NCBI GenBank assembly: GCA_965661885.1
Contig: CBFIFN010000002.1
Span: 1-50,920, forward strand
Reading direction: 5' to 3'
Source: an uncultured Burkholderiales bacterium
Lineage (GTDB): Bacteria; Pseudomonadota; Gammaproteobacteria; Burkholderiales; Eutrophovitaceae
DNA: 50,920 nucleotides
Below, piece after piece: positions 28,114 to 40,164 of the stretch. A model generated the notes under the pieces. That model searched no databases and was not told the DNA's origin. It was given only the letters and a program-made list of their open reading frames with translations. Both the position numbers and the translations under genes were made by a program. Each line of letters starts with the position of its first letter. The stretch's first letter is position 1.

Positions 28114-28824
28114 TCAACGATCTTTCTGAGGAGGCACATCAAGGCCATTTTCCCTCAGCACTTTGAGGATAACTTTGATGGTTTCGCTATCTTGTTCAGA
28201 GCGCTCTCGCACTGAATTAAGAGCTTTGACGAGGGGGTCGTTAGAGTCTGAACTCATCGCATAAGCCGAGAAACCAGGTCTAGACTCGTTCATCTGATTC
28301 GTCTTTTCAGCAGGATCTGCAATTCTCGCTGGTATTCCTACGGCTGTAGCACCGATGGGAACATCTTTTACGACTACAGCATTCGACCCAACTCTGGCGT
28401 TCGAACCAATAAAAATAGGACCTAAAACCTTCGCGCCAGCTCCTATCACCACTCCGTCACCCAAAGTGGGATGACGTTTGCCTTTATCCCAACTTGTACC
28501 GCCAAGAGTGACCCCGTGGTAGAGCGTACAGTCATCACCAATAATTGATGTTTCCCCGATCACAACACCCATACCGTGATCAATAAAAAAACGTCGTCCT
28601 ATCGTGGCTCCAGGGTGTATTTCAATTCCAGTTAACCAACGCGATACAGAAGAAAGCCAACGTGCGAGCCAGCGTAATCCGCAATGCCATAGGTAGTATC
28701 CAATGCGGTGAAACAACATTGCATGGAATCCGGGGTAGCAGGTAACGACCTCCCAAGTATTTCGGGCAGCTGGGTCGCGGTCAAACACAATTCTGACTTC
28801 TTCACGTAATCGGTCAAGCATCAT
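28114..28824 (-). CDS. cysE: Serine O-acetyltransferase
   Basis: 236 aa. SATase N-terminal domain plus hexapeptide repeats ([25 protein letters not shown]). Confidence 0.9.
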   Translation of the reverse strand: MMLDRLREEVRIVFDRDPAARNTWEVVTCYPGFHAMLFHRIGYYLWHCGLRWLARWLSSVSRWLTGIEIHPGATIGRRFFIDHGMGVVIGETSIIGDDCTLYHGVTLGGTSWDKGKRHPTLGDGVVIGAGAKVLGPIFIGSNARVGSNAVVVKDVPIGATAVGIPARIADPAEKTNQMNESRPGFSAYAMSSDSNDPLVKALNSVRERSEQDSETIKVILKVLRENGLDVPPQKDR

Positions 28825-28853
28825 CGTTCCTATGATTTTATTTGCACTCGATT

Positions 28854-29573
28854 TTACAGCGCTTTTTTCTCAATCGCGCTAAGAAACCCTCTCAAAATAT
28901 TCAATTCTTCTTTTTCCAACTCACTCCTGGCTATTAGACGACGTAGACGCTGTACTACTCGGCCTGGATTATTGATATTCAGAAACTCCAGATCAATCAA
29001 TACCTTTTCAAAATGCTCGATAAGGCGTTCAATTTCGTCATGAGTTGCGTGTACTACAACCTTTTCATTTTGAATAGGGCCTGAGTGGTCACCAACAACT
29101 ACCTTTAGTTCGTAAGCAAAAACCTGGACTGCTTGAGCTAAGTTCAATGACGAATAGTCTGGATTACACGGAATGGTGGAAACAATATTGCATTTCGTAG
29201 CATCCTCAATGGAAAGGCCTGTTCGTTCTGGACCAAAAACGATCGCTACGTCCCCCTCGAGTGTTTTCTCAATGAAGGATGCAGCAACCTCTCTGGGGGA
29301 CCATATTTGATGACTTAAATCCCGGTGTCGAGCCGTCGCTGCTACTGAAAATACAGTCCCATTTAGGGCTTCCTCCAAAGAGTCGCAGACTCTGGCATTT
29401 TCCAGCACATCACTCGCACCAACAGAAAGCGCCTTGGCGTCACTGTGGGGAAAAGCTTTAGGTTCGACTAAATATAAATGTTGTAATCCCATCGTTTTCA
29501 TTGCTCTAGCAGCCGAGCCAATATTTCCCGGATGGCTCGGGGCAACAAGAATTATTCTTACTCTATTAAACAT
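28854..29573 (-). CDS. trmJ: tRNA (cytidine/uridine-2'-O-)-methyltransferase TrmJ (SpoU family)
   Basis: 239 aa. Contains [25 protein letters not shown]. Sits in the conserved trmJ-cysE-iscR context, divergent from suhB. Confidence 0.85.
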   Translation of the reverse strand: MFNRVRIILVAPSHPGNIGSAARAMKTMGLQHLYLVEPKAFPHSDAKALSVGASDVLENARVCDSLEEALNGTVFSVAATARHRDLSHQIWSPREVAASFIEKTLEGDVAIVFGPERTGLSIEDATKCNIVSTIPCNPDYSSLNLAQAVQVFAYELKVVVGDHSGPIQNEKVVVHATHDEIERLIEHFEKVLIDLEFLNINNPGRVVQRLRRLIARSELEKEELNILRGFLSAIEKKAL

Positions 29574-29700
29574 ATCACACAGTTTACTATTACTAGAAAA
29601 TCAAATTAATCGCGCCATTTTATATTTTTCCGTGTAACGTACAACGCGACTTTAATTTAGAATAACGTCTTCGTTCTTTAAACATACTTGAGAGATCACT

Positions 29701-30492
29701 ATGAATCCAATGTTAGGCTTCGCGGTTAAAGCTGCACGGCGCGCTGGAGATATTATCAATCGTGCTGCCGAGAACATCGAGCAGTTAACGGTTCAGCACA
29801 AAACCAAAAATGACCTAGTTAGCGAAGTAGATCGCGCTGCAGAGGCCGAGATCATAAATTCCCTTAAAAATGTTTATCCAGAACATGCGTTTTTAGCCGA
29901 AGAGTCAGGCCGCACTGGGAGCTCAGACTTTGAATGGATAATCGACCCACTCGATGGTACGACCAATTTTTTGCATGGATTTCCCGTGTACGGAGTCTCT
30001 ATTGCCTTGGCGTACAAAAAACAGTTACAGGTGGCTGTCGTATTCGATCCTTGTCGAAATGATCTGTATACAGCATCGAGAGGGGCTGGTGCATACCTGA
30101 ACGAGAAACGAATACGTGTTTCTAAGAGAGACAAATTGATCGATTGTTTAATAGGAACCGGATTCCCATTTAAGGCAAATTCGGACATCGAAACATATGG
30201 AGAAATGTTCAAAACGGTCGCATTAAGTACTGCAGGTATTCGGCGTCCAGGAGCAGCAGCATTAGATTTAGCAAACGTTGCCGCCGGAAGATTGGATGGT
30301 TTCTGGGAAATAGGTTTATCGCCTTGGGACATGGCAGCAGGCGCATTATTAATTAAAGAGGCTGGGGGATTAGTGGGCGACCTTGAAGGTGAAGACCAAT
30401 ATCTAGAGACCGGAAAAATTATTGCAGGGAACCCAAAAATTTTTGCGCAAATGTTATCTGCACTGAAGCCGCATTCGAAAAAATTAACATAA
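29701..30492 (+). CDS. suhB: Inositol monophosphatase family protein SuhB
   Basis: 263 aa. Motifs WIIDPLDGTTNF and AAGALLIKEAGG. Confidence 0.9.
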   Translation: MNPMLGFAVKAARRAGDIINRAAENIEQLTVQHKTKNDLVSEVDRAAEAEIINSLKNVYPEHAFLAEESGRTGSSDFEWIIDPLDGTTNFLHGFPVYGVSIALAYKKQLQVAVVFDPCRNDLYTASRGAGAYLNEKRIRVSKRDKLIDCLIGTGFPFKANSDIETYGEMFKTVALSTAGIRRPGAAALDLANVAAGRLDGFWEIGLSPWDMAAGALLIKEAGGLVGDLEGEDQYLETGKIIAGNPKIFAQMLSALKPHSKKLT

Positions 30493-30593
30493 CCCAGAGG
30501 TACAAAAAATTTACGTTTATGGCAGGATAGACGTCATAGTCCGTTAATTGATTTAAGATTTCTGAACAAAACGAGACAGAGACCCCCTGACCA

Positions 30594-33224
30594 ATGACGA
30601 ATATCCCCGTACAAGCTAAGTCTCAAAGTAACTCCGCAAAAAACCTTAAAGTCTCACCACACACCCCCATGATGCGTCAATATCTTCGCATCAAGGCTGA
30701 TCATCCGGACAAGTTTTTGTTCTACCGAATGGGGGATTTCTATGAGCTATTTTTCGACGACGCAGAGCGTGCTGCCAGAATACTCGGGATCACGCTGACC
30801 TCTCGAGGCACTTCGGCCGGCCAACCAATAAAAATGGCCGGCGTCCCTCATCACGCTGCAGAACAATATTTGGCAAAGTTGGTTAAATCAGGCGAATCCA
30901 TTGCCATTTGCGAACAAACGGGAGACCCTGCGGCCGCCAAAGGACCTGTCGAAAGAAAAGTTGTTAGGGTAGTGACTCCGGGTACGCTATCAGACGCAGC
31001 TTTAATGTCTGAAAAGCACGAAAATTATGTATTAAGCTTCTATGAAAGAGAGAAGACCTGGGGGTTGGCTTGGCTTTCGATCTCAGCTGGAACATTACGC
31101 GTTAAAGAAAGTGCCTCGCTCTCAATAATTGATGAGATTGCACGACTGCAACCATCTGAAATTATTGCTCCGGATGGGGCAGTCTTTGTTGGTATCGATC
31201 AAATAAAAACCAAAATCCAACGATTACCAATTTGGCAGTTTGACGAAGACATCACCCGAAAGGTATTGTGCGAACACCTTAACGTTAGAGATTTACGCGG
31301 TTTCGGTTGTGACGATTCGGTCTGTGCAGTGTCGGCAGCAGGCGCACTTCTAGCTTACGCCCAAAGCACCCAGGCGGAACCCTTATCTCACATTACGACC
31401 ATTGGCATTGAACGAGATGACGATTTCATTCAACTCGACATGGCGACTCGAAAGAATCTTGAAATCAACACAACGCTTCAAGGAGAAAACAGTCCGACAC
31501 TTCTCTCATCTTTGGACCAAACAATCACCAGCATGGGCTCTCGATGGATACAACATGCGATCAACCACCCGCTGTTTAATCACAACGATATCAAAGAACG
31601 TCATGCTGTAGTGGGATGGCTAGTTGCGCAGGAGAATCAAGAAACACTGACGAGAATGAGACAAATATTTGCGTCAATATCCGATATAGAGCGAATCAAT
31701 ACGCGCATCACGCTTAGAAGTGCTCGGCCCCGGGATCTCTCGGGTTTAAGAGATTCCCTTCAGCAAACTCCGAAACTGCGAGAACTAATTAACGAACCCC
31801 ACTTACCTTTATTGCACTCGTTGACGAATGATTTGCGATGCGATAACAGGATTACAGATAAACTAAACCAGGCCATTCAAAGTGAACCGGCCAGCGTTTT
31901 AACGGAAGGTGGCGTCATCAACGATGGTTACGACGCTGAACTCGATTCGCTTAGGTCGATACAAAACGATTGTGGTGCTTTTTTAATAGCGCTCGAACAA
32001 AGAGAAAAAGAAAAGTCAGGAATCTCCAATCTCAAGGTCGAATTTAATCGAGTGCATGGGTTTTATATCGAAGTCTCTAAGTCCAACGCAAGCTCGGTTC
32101 CCGATACTTACAAAAGAAGACAAACTCTCAAAAATGCTGAGCGATTTATTACTCCAGAGCTAAAGGAATTCGAAGACAAAGCACTGTCAGCGAAAGATCA
32201 GGCTTTGAAACGTGAAAAATATTTGTATGAAGAGCTCATCGAAATACTTCAAAGCTTTCAAGATGAGATTCAGCAAGTCGCGCAATCCATCGCTCAACTT
32301 GATGGGTTAGGTAGCTTTGCTCAAATTGCAATGGACCAGGACTATGTGGCACCAACATTGGTTACGGGTAATGAAATAAGTATTGTTAACGGCCGGCATC
32401 CTGTTGTCGAAACTCAAATTGATAATTTCATTTCGAATAACTTGGAAATGAGCGTCACGAGAAGGATGCTGGTTATAACCGGTCCAAATATGGGGGGTAA
32501 ATCAACTTACATGCGCCAATGTGCGCTCATTGTACTGCTCGCCCACGCGGGCAGCTTCGTTCCAGCGCAGTCAGCTGTCATTGGTCGATTCGATCAGATT
32601 TTTACGAGAATTGGTGCGTCTGATAATTTATCTGGCGGCCAATCAACCTTCATGGTGGAAATGTCAGAAGCGGCTAATATCCTTAACAATGCGACTGAAA
32701 ATAGTCTGGTACTGATGGATGAGATAGGCCGGGGAACCTCGACTTATGATGGCCTTGCCTTGGCCTTTTCAATCGCTCGATATTTAGCTAAGCACAATGC
32801 TAGCCTCACGTTATTTGCGACCCACTACTTTGAGCTCACTGGTTTAGCAACTGAGATACAAGAGATAGAGAATATTCATGTATCAGCCGTAGAACACAAA
32901 GACGACATTATCTTTCTACATAGCGTCTCTGACGGAGCGGCGTCTCAAAGCTATGGGATTCAAGTTGCTCAATTGGCAGGGGTTCCAAAAGAAGTGGTTG
33001 CCGCGGCAAAGCGAGAAATAAAGTTACTCGAGACTAAAAGCCAGCGTAGCTCAGTCCAATCTGATTTATTTGACAAAAATAATGCGTGTCAGACTAATCG
33101 CGCGAACCCTAAAAATCCACTTTGGGAACGTCTTTCGGAAATCGAACCTAACGAGCTCACACCGAAAAAAGCACTCGATCTCGTCTATGAGCTTTTTGAA
33201 ATGCAGGAGCGAAAAAATCCTTAA
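30594..33224 (+). CDS. mutS: DNA mismatch repair protein MutS
   Basis: 876 aa. [17 protein letters not shown]...[15 protein letters not shown], and Walker [10 protein letters not shown]. Confidence 0.97.
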   Translation: MTNIPVQAKSQSNSAKNLKVSPHTPMMRQYLRIKADHPDKFLFYRMGDFYELFFDDAERAARILGITLTSRGTSAGQPIKMAGVPHHAAEQYLAKLVKSGESIAICEQTGDPAAAKGPVERKVVRVVTPGTLSDAALMSEKHENYVLSFYEREKTWGLAWLSISAGTLRVKESASLSIIDEIARLQPSEIIAPDGAVFVGIDQIKTKIQRLPIWQFDEDITRKVLCEHLNVRDLRGFGCDDSVCAVSAAGALLAYAQSTQAEPLSHITTIGIERDDDFIQLDMATRKNLEINTTLQGENSPTLLSSLDQTITSMGSRWIQHAINHPLFNHNDIKERHAVVGWLVAQENQETLTRMRQIFASISDIERINTRITLRSARPRDLSGLRDSLQQTPKLRELINEPHLPLLHSLTNDLRCDNRITDKLNQAIQSEPASVLTEGGVINDGYDAELDSLRSIQNDCGAFLIALEQREKEKSGISNLKVEFNRVHGFYIEVSKSNASSVPDTYKRRQTLKNAERFITPELKEFEDKALSAKDQALKREKYLYEELIEILQSFQDEIQQVAQSIAQLDGLGSFAQIAMDQDYVAPTLVTGNEISIVNGRHPVVETQIDNFISNNLEMSVTRRMLVITGPNMGGKSTYMRQCALIVLLAHAGSFVPAQSAVIGRFDQIFTRIGASDNLSGGQSTFMVEMSEAANILNNATENSLVLMDEIGRGTSTYDGLALAFSIARYLAKHNASLTLFATHYFELTGLATEIQEIENIHVSAVEHKDDIIFLHSVSDGAASQSYGIQVAQLAGVPKEVVAAAKREIKLLETKSQRSSVQSDLFDKNNACQTNRANPKNPLWERLSEIEPNELTPKKALDLVYELFEMQERKNP

Positions 33225-33253
33225 CGGCCTATACTGAATCGCGAGTGCCGTAG

Positions 33254-34720
33254 CTAAGTACCACAAAAAGTAACATGAGGCTTCGCGTCAATGGGCGCAG
33301 GGATCGCGTAATCATCATATCCCGCCTGCTCGTCGTAAGGCTCGGTAACCAAATCCAGCATCTTGGTGAACAGCCCTAAATCACTTTGGTTCACAGCAGC
33401 ATCTATAGCTTCTTCCATCTTGTGATTACGGGGAATATAAATGGGATTTACAGAATTCATTGCCAGTACACACTGCTCTCGGCTAGTACCATTGGCTTGC
33501 ACTCGTTTTTCCCAAACCATCAGCCAGTCCTCTAGGGCTTTTAAATCACTGAATTGCCCTAATAGCTGTTTTTTATCTCCCTCGAGCGCTAACGCTAGGT
33601 GGCGAAACACCGTTGTAAAATCAGCCTTACTTCCCTTCATCAAGACAAGTAATTGTTCAATGAGATCCGCGTCACCGTCGACGACTGATGTAAGCCCGAT
33701 TTTCTTGGTCATATTTTCAAGCCAATAATTCCTGTAGCGGTTGTTGAACTCGTCGAGCACATTAACAAACCTCTGGATAACGGTGTCTTGATCTTCTTTG
33801 TGTAAGGGGATCAACGCCTTCGCAAGTTGGGCTAAATTCCACTGACCGATTTTAGGCTGATTTTGGTACGCATAGCGACCATGCTGGTCGATGGAACTAA
33901 AAACAATTGATGGAACATATTGATCTATAAATGCACAAGGCCCATAGTCGATCGTTTCGCCAGATATCGCCATGTTATCTGTATTCATGACCCCATGGAC
34001 AAAACCCATAGTCATCCAGTCTGCAATCAATTTCGCTTGACTTGAGAGCACTTCTTTAAAAAAATTTAAGTATTGATCACTGGAATGTTTTACATCCGGG
34101 AAATGTCTCTCGATAGCGTAATCGGACAGCTTCTTCACCTGATCCCACTCTCCTCTCGCAGCGAAAAACTCAAAAGTCCCCACTCTCATATGGCTGGACG
34201 AGACTCGTGTCAAAATGGCCCTAGGCTTTAATTCCTCCCTGGCGACCCAATCATCGGTGCCGATAACAGCTAACGCGCGAGTAGTCTTAACTCCTAAAGC
34301 GAACATCGCCTCACTCATCAAGTACTCACGTAGCACAGGTCCTAGAGCAGCCTTACCATCGCCTCCGCGGGAATATGGAGTTCTTCCCGAACCTTTTAAC
34401 TGTATATCCCTACGTTTTCCAAACCGGTCGATAAGTTCGCCTAGAAGGAGCGCCCGTCCGTCACCCAACTGTGAACTAAACATACCGAATTGGTGACCTG
34501 CATATACCTGGGCAATGGGCGTGCAATTGTCCGGCAACGCGTTTCCTGAAAACATTGAAACTCCGGCATCCCCAGTGAGTAACTCGTAATCTATTCCGAG
34601 ATCGTGGACGAGAGACTGGTTCAACTGAAGCAACTGGGGAGAAGAACACACTTCGGGCTCGCAGTGTTGGTAACAGCCACTTAGCTCGTTTACAAAGCTG
34701 TGGGTAAAGTTAAGAGTCAC
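33254..34720 (-). CDS. selO: Protein adenylyltransferase SelO (YdiU/UPF0061)
   Basis: 488 aa. Contains YAGHQFGMFSSQLGDGRALLLGE and a pseudokinase-like core. Confidence 0.9.
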   Translation of the reverse strand: MTLNFTHSFVNELSGCYQHCEPEVCSSPQLLQLNQSLVHDLGIDYELLTGDAGVSMFSGNALPDNCTPIAQVYAGHQFGMFSSQLGDGRALLLGELIDRFGKRRDIQLKGSGRTPYSRGGDGKAALGPVLREYLMSEAMFALGVKTTRALAVIGTDDWVAREELKPRAILTRVSSSHMRVGTFEFFAARGEWDQVKKLSDYAIERHFPDVKHSSDQYLNFFKEVLSSQAKLIADWMTMGFVHGVMNTDNMAISGETIDYGPCAFIDQYVPSIVFSSIDQHGRYAYQNQPKIGQWNLAQLAKALIPLHKEDQDTVIQRFVNVLDEFNNRYRNYWLENMTKKIGLTSVVDGDADLIEQLLVLMKGSKADFTTVFRHLALALEGDKKQLLGQFSDLKALEDWLMVWEKRVQANGTSREQCVLAMNSVNPIYIPRNHKMEEAIDAAVNQSDLGLFTKMLDLVTEPYDEQAGYDDYAIPAPIDAKPHVTFCGT

Positions 34721-34816
34721 GCGAGCTCAAAAACAAGTAGTTGTTAAATGTTTCATATTCTTTTTCGATACCGCAAACCACAAGATTCTTAAACGCAGCA
34801 ATGTGAAAATTTTTAA

Positions 34817-35842
34817 TTATTGAGTATCTCTCAAGATTTTTATTTTTTGTGCAAGTTGAACCATCGCTAGAGCATAATTGTTGCTCGGGTTGTATCGCGT
34901 AATGACATAGAAATTCTTTAATGACATCCAATACTCTAGACCGTCTTCCCCTTCTAATTCAAAAAGCCCGACAGAGACATCATCTTCCAAATCGTAACTC
35001 TCTTTCACCCCAAACGCTTTCAACTGCCGATAGGTACGATTTGGCTTTGATTTCCCAGCAGCTGGGGCTAATTGATCAGGTTCGCTGGAATTGACCCGAA
35101 ACACAATAGGCTCTCCCTTTTTCCAGCCGTGCCTCTTCAAGTAGTTACTCGCACTACCAATAGCATCAGCTACGCTATTCTCTAAATCCGCTTTTCCGTC
35201 ACCATCAAAGTCGATTGCATATTCACGATAGCTTGAAGGCATAAACTGAGCGATACCAATAGCTCCGGCAAAAGAACCTTTAATTTCCTCGGGACTGATA
35301 TTGTTTTCCCTCGCCAGCACCAGAAATTCTCCAAACTCTTTTAAGAAGTAACTGTTCCGTCTCTCACCAAAAAAACCTAATGTATAGAAAGCATCAAGAA
35401 TCCTAAATTCTCCTGTATACGTTCCGTAATTTGTTTCGATACCAATGAGCGCAGTGATGATATCTTGAGGGATACCGAATACTTCCTCAGCCCTAGCTAA
35501 AGTTTCGGAGTGCTTATTCCAAAATTTCACTCCCTCTTTTTCTCGCCACTCAGTAACATAAAGTTTTCTAAAGAAACTCCACGGCTTCGACGTAGCCGGC
35601 TTGGCAAAAGCATTTAGGATGGAGTCCTTCTTCTGAGCATCACCAATAAGCGCTCTAAGATATTCCTCCGAGAACTGGTGCTCGGTCACCATGTCGTCTA
35701 TGAATTGTGACACCTTACGCTCGATATCGTGATTATGATTTTCGTGCGCGAAAGCAGATATAGGGATCGTGAAGGCTATTGCCCCCAAAAAAATCCATAG
35801 GTTTCGTTTGAATTGCAAAGAAGAAAAATTTATCAAAAACAC
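34817..35842 (-). CDS. mltB: Lytic murein transglycosylase B
   Basis: 341 aa. Signal peptide. Contains GSFAGAIGIAQFMPSSY and the C-terminal RYNPSNNYALAV-like motif. Confidence 0.85.
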   Translation of the reverse strand: MFLINFSSLQFKRNLWIFLGAIAFTIPISAFAHENHNHDIERKVSQFIDDMVTEHQFSEEYLRALIGDAQKKDSILNAFAKPATSKPWSFFRKLYVTEWREKEGVKFWNKHSETLARAEEVFGIPQDIITALIGIETNYGTYTGEFRILDAFYTLGFFGERRNSYFLKEFGEFLVLARENNISPEEIKGSFAGAIGIAQFMPSSYREYAIDFDGDGKADLENSVADAIGSASNYLKRHGWKKGEPIVFRVNSSEPDQLAPAAGKSKPNRTYRQLKAFGVKESYDLEDDVSVGLFELEGEDGLEYWMSLKNFYVITRYNPSNNYALAMVQLAQKIKILRDTQ

Positions 35843-35874
35843 CTCGAGGTTAAAGTGGATATGAGAGTTAACTT

Positions 35875-37116
35875 CTAAGGTACCGTACTATCGATTGTAA
35901 TTTCAATATTTTCTCCCGACTTTACAAGGGTAGTGATCGACTCCAGGTCTCCGCTCGCTCTTATCGCATTGCCAGACCGCGAAATACGCGCACCAACTAA
36001 AAACTGCGAAAAGTCAGATAACTTACGACTGGGCATTAGGGATAACGAGTCATCAAATACAAAAGAAAAAGGTAATTGGTTCGCAGGCACCCTTATCGCA
36101 GCTATTGGCATAGGTGGACCCTCGGACGCTTTTGCAAATATGAAGACCACGTCTTGAGAAGACAAGCTTCCCAGAAGATCGTCAGAAATTTGGACTAAAC
36201 CAGTCAATATTTGAGTAGATTGGTCCGCTGGTGGTTGCTTTGCGGCGAGGGGTTCGGCAGGTGACCGTCCGCCCTCTTGCACAAGTCTTATCTTTGCCTC
36301 TGCGATACCGGACTGTAATGTTTCAATCAGCTGAGCATCACCGAGATTCGCCTTCATTAAAAGTGTCCATCGGTCTATCGCAATTTGATAAGAACCAGCG
36401 GCAAATGCTGCCGTTCCCCCGAGAGCAAGTCCTTTCCCGTGATTCGGATCCAATTCCAATGCTCGATCTATCAATTTCGAAGGCTCGCCAGCAAGGTCTC
36501 CGCCCGCAGCCAAACCCCGGGCTTCCGCATAGTCCACAAGGATACCTGGATCATTTTGATCCAATGAATAAGCTCTTTCCCAGGCATTAGCGGCTTCATC
36601 GAATCGTTGCATCGCTTGATACGTTTTCGCCAACATACCCCAAGCCTGTGTGTCACCCGGATTCTCCTCAATGTGCTTGATCACTTTCGCCTCGAGCGCT
36701 TCAAACTCTAAATGATCCACTGGCTTATTTTGAGCTTCGAGGTAGGCATCGATATCTTGTCCGTCATGACTACCGATGAGACTGTAAAGATATAACGCGC
36801 TTATGGGAATCAGAACCACTACCGCTATGGATACGATTTTCGCTAATTGCCCTGAGAGCACCAAAGATTGTGGCTCCCTCGAGACCTCCTCTACCACTCG
36901 ACCCTCAATTTCAGTTTTTGACACTTCATACTGCTCGTTTGAGAGATTACCGATTCGATGATCCTCTTTTAACTCTTTAAGTTGATCCCGCAACAAACGA
37001 AGATTAGTTTCTGATTGTGTGCTCGACAAGACCGATCGGGATTTGAAAATCGTTCTCAAGAATATGAGCACAACACCCAAAATAAGTAAGGCCGAGAAGA
37101 TATGAAATGTTGTCAT
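35875..37116 (-). CDS. ccmI: c-type cytochrome biogenesis protein CcmI/CycH (TM plus TPR)
   Basis: 413 aa. Two N-terminal TM segments and a TPR-rich periplasmic domain. Positioned after ccmH. Confidence 0.8.
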   Translation of the reverse strand: MTTFHIFSALLILGVVLIFLRTIFKSRSVLSSTQSETNLRLLRDQLKELKEDHRIGNLSNEQYEVSKTEIEGRVVEEVSREPQSLVLSGQLAKIVSIAVVVLIPISALYLYSLIGSHDGQDIDAYLEAQNKPVDHLEFEALEAKVIKHIEENPGDTQAWGMLAKTYQAMQRFDEAANAWERAYSLDQNDPGILVDYAEARGLAAGGDLAGEPSKLIDRALELDPNHGKGLALGGTAAFAAGSYQIAIDRWTLLMKANLGDAQLIETLQSGIAEAKIRLVQEGGRSPAEPLAAKQPPADQSTQILTGLVQISDDLLGSLSSQDVVFIFAKASEGPPMPIAAIRVPANQLPFSFVFDDSLSLMPSRKLSDFSQFLVGARISRSGNAIRASGDLESITTLVKSGENIEITIDSTVP

Positions 37117-37134
37117 CAGCTATTTGATCCTAAT

Positions 37135-37587
37135 TTAGTCTTTCAGCAGCTCGCGCGCGCGATCAGTTTCCGCTGAGCTTCGCTTTGTCTCATCGTCAAA
37201 TGAACGTCGACGAACGATTCTCACCGCCACCGCCAGCGCAATCATCAACATTATCAGAGGACCAATCCACAATACCATCGTGGTCCCTTTCATTGGCGGG
37301 TTGTACAAAACAAAGTCTCCATAACGCTCGACCATAAAGTCTTTTATCTCGTCCTCCCCCATGCCTTTTCGTAACATCTCTCTAACTTGGTTTTTCAGAT
37401 CGACAGCCAGCCCGGCGTTTGAGTCCGCGATGGTTTGGTTCTGGCACACGAGGCACCTGAGTTCGAGACTAATCGCTTTGACGCGTTTTTCTAGGGCTGG
37501 ATCTTTGGCCAACGTTGGCGCCTCCTCACCCAACACAGAGGTCACGCAGGTAATAAGTAACATCGACAAGCAAAGTTTCTTTATCAT
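37135..37587 (-). CDS. ccmH: Cytochrome c-type biogenesis protein CcmH
   Basis: 150 aa. Signal peptide, LRCLVCQNQ CXXC motif and a C-terminal TM segment. Confidence 0.9.
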   Translation of the reverse strand: MIKKLCLSMLLITCVTSVLGEEAPTLAKDPALEKRVKAISLELRCLVCQNQTIADSNAGLAVDLKNQVREMLRKGMGEDEIKDFMVERYGDFVLYNPPMKGTTMVLWIGPLIMLMIALAVAVRIVRRRSFDDETKRSSAETDRARELLKD

Positions 37588-38114
37588 TGAAGCATATCCT
37601 TTATCAAAGGAAGTATATCCTCTGACACATCAGTCTGGCTTAGCGGACCAATTTTCTTGTACCGAATAATTCCATCTCTATCAATTAAAAATGTCTCTGG
37701 CACGCCGTAAACGCCGTAGTCGAGACCAACCCGCCCGTTTGTGTCGACTACAACCCTTTGATATGGATCACCATGACGCGTAAGCCATTGGGATGCCGCC
37801 TGGGGCCTATCCTTGTAATTGAAACCCAAAACAGGCACCTTCGACGATCGTGCAAAATCGACTATAACCGGGTGCTCATCCAAACAAGGCCCACACCAGG
37901 AAGCGAAAACGTTTAGCAGCCATACTTCTCCAAGCATATCCGTTCTATCAAAGGTAGTGTTAGCCTCATTCAGAAGAGGTAAATTGAATTCCGGTGCAGG
38001 TTTTCCAATTAACGGCGATGGCACCTCTTTTGGATTGAGCGACAAACCCTTCCATAGAAAAGCGCACACAGCGAAAAAAACAATCAGCGGAATTAGGAAT
38101 CTCGTCGCCGGCAT
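37584..38114 (-). CDS. ccmG: Thiol:disulfide interchange protein DsbE/CcmG
   Basis: WCGPC thioredoxin motif. I use the ATG at 38114 (MPATRFLIPLIVFF...). The track start at 38222 would overlap ccmF by 86 nt. Confidence 0.9.
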   Translation of the reverse strand: MPATRFLIPLIVFFAVCAFLWKGLSLNPKEVPSPLIGKPAPEFNLPLLNEANTTFDRTDMLGEVWLLNVFASWCGPCLDEHPVIVDFARSSKVPVLGFNYKDRPQAASQWLTRHGDPYQRVVVDTNGRVGLDYGVYGVPETFLIDRDGIIRYKKIGPLSQTDVSEDILPLIKDMLQ

Positions 38115-38136
38115 CTCGTATATCCGAGGACCTACC

Positions 38137-40116
38137 TCAAGATGAGGTAGCTTCTCCAGTCGAATTTGATACTTGACTTGCTTTTCGATAACGTCGATCA
38201 GACACTGCCAATATCCCCCCAAGTGCCATTAAAAATGCTCCGCCCCATATCCAATCTACAAATGGTTTTAAATATACTCTCACCACCCATGATCCATCAT
38301 TTAGCGGTTCGCCTAATGAAATGTATAAGTCTCGAGTAAATCCAGTATTAATTGCGGCTTCGGTCATAGCCATTTGCTGCACAGTGTAAAGACGCTTCTG
38401 CGGGAACATCCTATCGACTTCCTCGCCATCAACCAAAATTGCCATGGAACCCTCAACTCCAGTGTAATTTGGCCCTTTGAGCTCCGTTAGGGCATCAAGG
38501 CGAATCGTATAATCTCCGATCGTCACAGTATTACCGATCGACATTTTGACGTCTTTTTCCACTTGATACCCACCAACAAGCGTCACTCCTACGACAAAGA
38601 CCGCCACTCCCCAGTGCGCAAACAACATTCCGAAGTAAGAATTAGGCAACGAGATCAAAGAAGAAAAAATAGTCTTATGGCCACCAGAAGTCATTTGCTT
38701 GATCCTAGTCCATAAATTAACGGCACCCGCTAGCGCAATCCATATCGCCATCACTAAACCAAAGCTAACCAATAAGCTCCAGTCACCCATGACGAAGGGT
38801 ATCAAAAGAGCAGAAACAATCGCCGTAAAAAACGCCCATTTAAGCCTCGCCGCTAAATCTGGCACCGAGGATTTTTTCCATCGAGCGATCGGACCTATCC
38901 CCATTAGAAACATGGCTGGTGCCATGATGGGTATAAATACCGCATCAAAATAAGGAGGACCAACGGAAATTTTTCCAAAACCTAGAGCATCCAAAAATAA
39001 AGGATATAGAGTCCCCAAAAGTACGGAAGCCGCCGCGACCACCAGCAGTACATTGTTGGCCAACAGCGCTGACTCGCGAGATATTAGGTCGAACTTACCA
39101 CCCAATCCAACCTTCGGCGCTCTCCAGGCGAATAGTACAAGCGACGCACCTACGACAAACACTAGAAAACCGAGAATAAAAATACCACGCTCAGGGTCTG
39201 TCGCGAACGCATGTACGGACGTTAGAACGCCGGATCGGACCAAAAAAGTACCAAGTAACGACAACGAGAAAGTGATAATCGCGAGTAGCACTGTCCAAAT
39301 TTTGAAGCTGCCTCGCTTTTCTGTCACGAGAAGAGAGTGCATCAATGCTGTGCCACATAACCATGGCATGAAAGAAGCATTCTCGACTGGATCCCAAAAC
39401 CACCAACCGCCCCAACCAAGCTCATAGTAGGCCCACCAACTACCAAGCGCGATCCCCACTGTCAAAAAGGCCCATGCGATGGTCGTCCAAGGTCTTGACC
39501 ACCTCGCCCATGTTGTGTCGAGTCGACCGCTGATGAGCGCGGCAATAGCAAATGCAAACACCACTGAAAACCCAACATAGCCCATGTATAACATTGGTGG
39601 ATGAATCACCATTCCGGGGTCTTGCAGCAATGGATTCAAGTCACGACCGTCCAGAGCAGGAGGAAGCAAGCGATCGAACGGGTTGGAAGTAAGCAAAAGA
39701 AAAGAGTAAAAACCAATGGCGACTAGAGCCATCACTCCCAGGATCAACGAAAGCATGTCAGCGGGAACCCCCTTGCTGAATCGCGCCACTGCCGCCATCC
39801 ATCCCGACAACATCAAAACCCAGAGAAGAAGCGATCCCTCGTGACTGCCCCAGCTTGCGGCGAGTCGATAAGCCCACGGCAACTGCGAATTAGAATTTGA
39901 GGCGACATTTAAAACAGAAAAATCATTTGTTAAAAATGAGATAACTAGACAGCAGAATCCAAAGGCCGTCAGAAAAAATAAAACGTATGCAGATGGTCGA
40001 GAGACCGCCATCCAGTTGACGTGTCCTCTCACTGCTCCGGCGAGGGAGAAAAACGCCTGAGCAGAAGCCACACACAGAGCTAGAATGATTGCAAAATGTC
40101 CGACCTCAGGAACCAA
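38137..40116 (-). CDS. ccmF: Cytochrome c heme lyase subunit CcmF
   Basis: WWD motif WGGWWFWDPVENASFMPWL. The likely start is the TTG at 40116, giving (M)VPEVGHFAI, with AGGTGG 6-7 nt upstream. The track start, the TTG at 40143, is the alternative. Confidence 0.93.
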   Translation of the reverse strand: MVPEVGHFAIILALCVASAQAFFSLAGAVRGHVNWMAVSRPSAYVLFFLTAFGFCCLVISFLTNDFSVLNVASNSNSQLPWAYRLAASWGSHEGSLLLWVLMLSGWMAAVARFSKGVPADMLSLILGVMALVAIGFYSFLLLTSNPFDRLLPPALDGRDLNPLLQDPGMVIHPPMLYMGYVGFSVVFAFAIAALISGRLDTTWARWSRPWTTIAWAFLTVGIALGSWWAYYELGWGGWWFWDPVENASFMPWLCGTALMHSLLVTEKRGSFKIWTVLLAIITFSLSLLGTFLVRSGVLTSVHAFATDPERGIFILGFLVFVVGASLVLFAWRAPKVGLGGKFDLISRESALLANNVLLVVAAASVLLGTLYPLFLDALGFGKISVGPPYFDAVFIPIMAPAMFLMGIGPIARWKKSSVPDLAARLKWAFFTAIVSALLIPFVMGDWSLLVSFGLVMAIWIALAGAVNLWTRIKQMTSGGHKTIFSSLISLPNSYFGMLFAHWGVAVFVVGVTLVGGYQVEKDVKMSIGNTVTIGDYTIRLDALTELKGPNYTGVEGSMAILVDGEEVDRMFPQKRLYTVQQMAMTEAAINTGFTRDLYISLGEPLNDGSWVVRVYLKPFVDWIWGGAFLMALGGILAVSDRRYRKASQVSNSTGEATSS

Positions 40117-40164
40117 TGTCCACCACCTTTCCAAATTCAACAACTATAATAATTGCAGCTAAAC

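Noticed and set aside
34710-34931. 73-aa minus-strand ORF spanning the mltB 3' end and the selO upstream region
   Set aside because: It overlaps the well-supported mltB C-terminus in another frame. It has no SD or motif.
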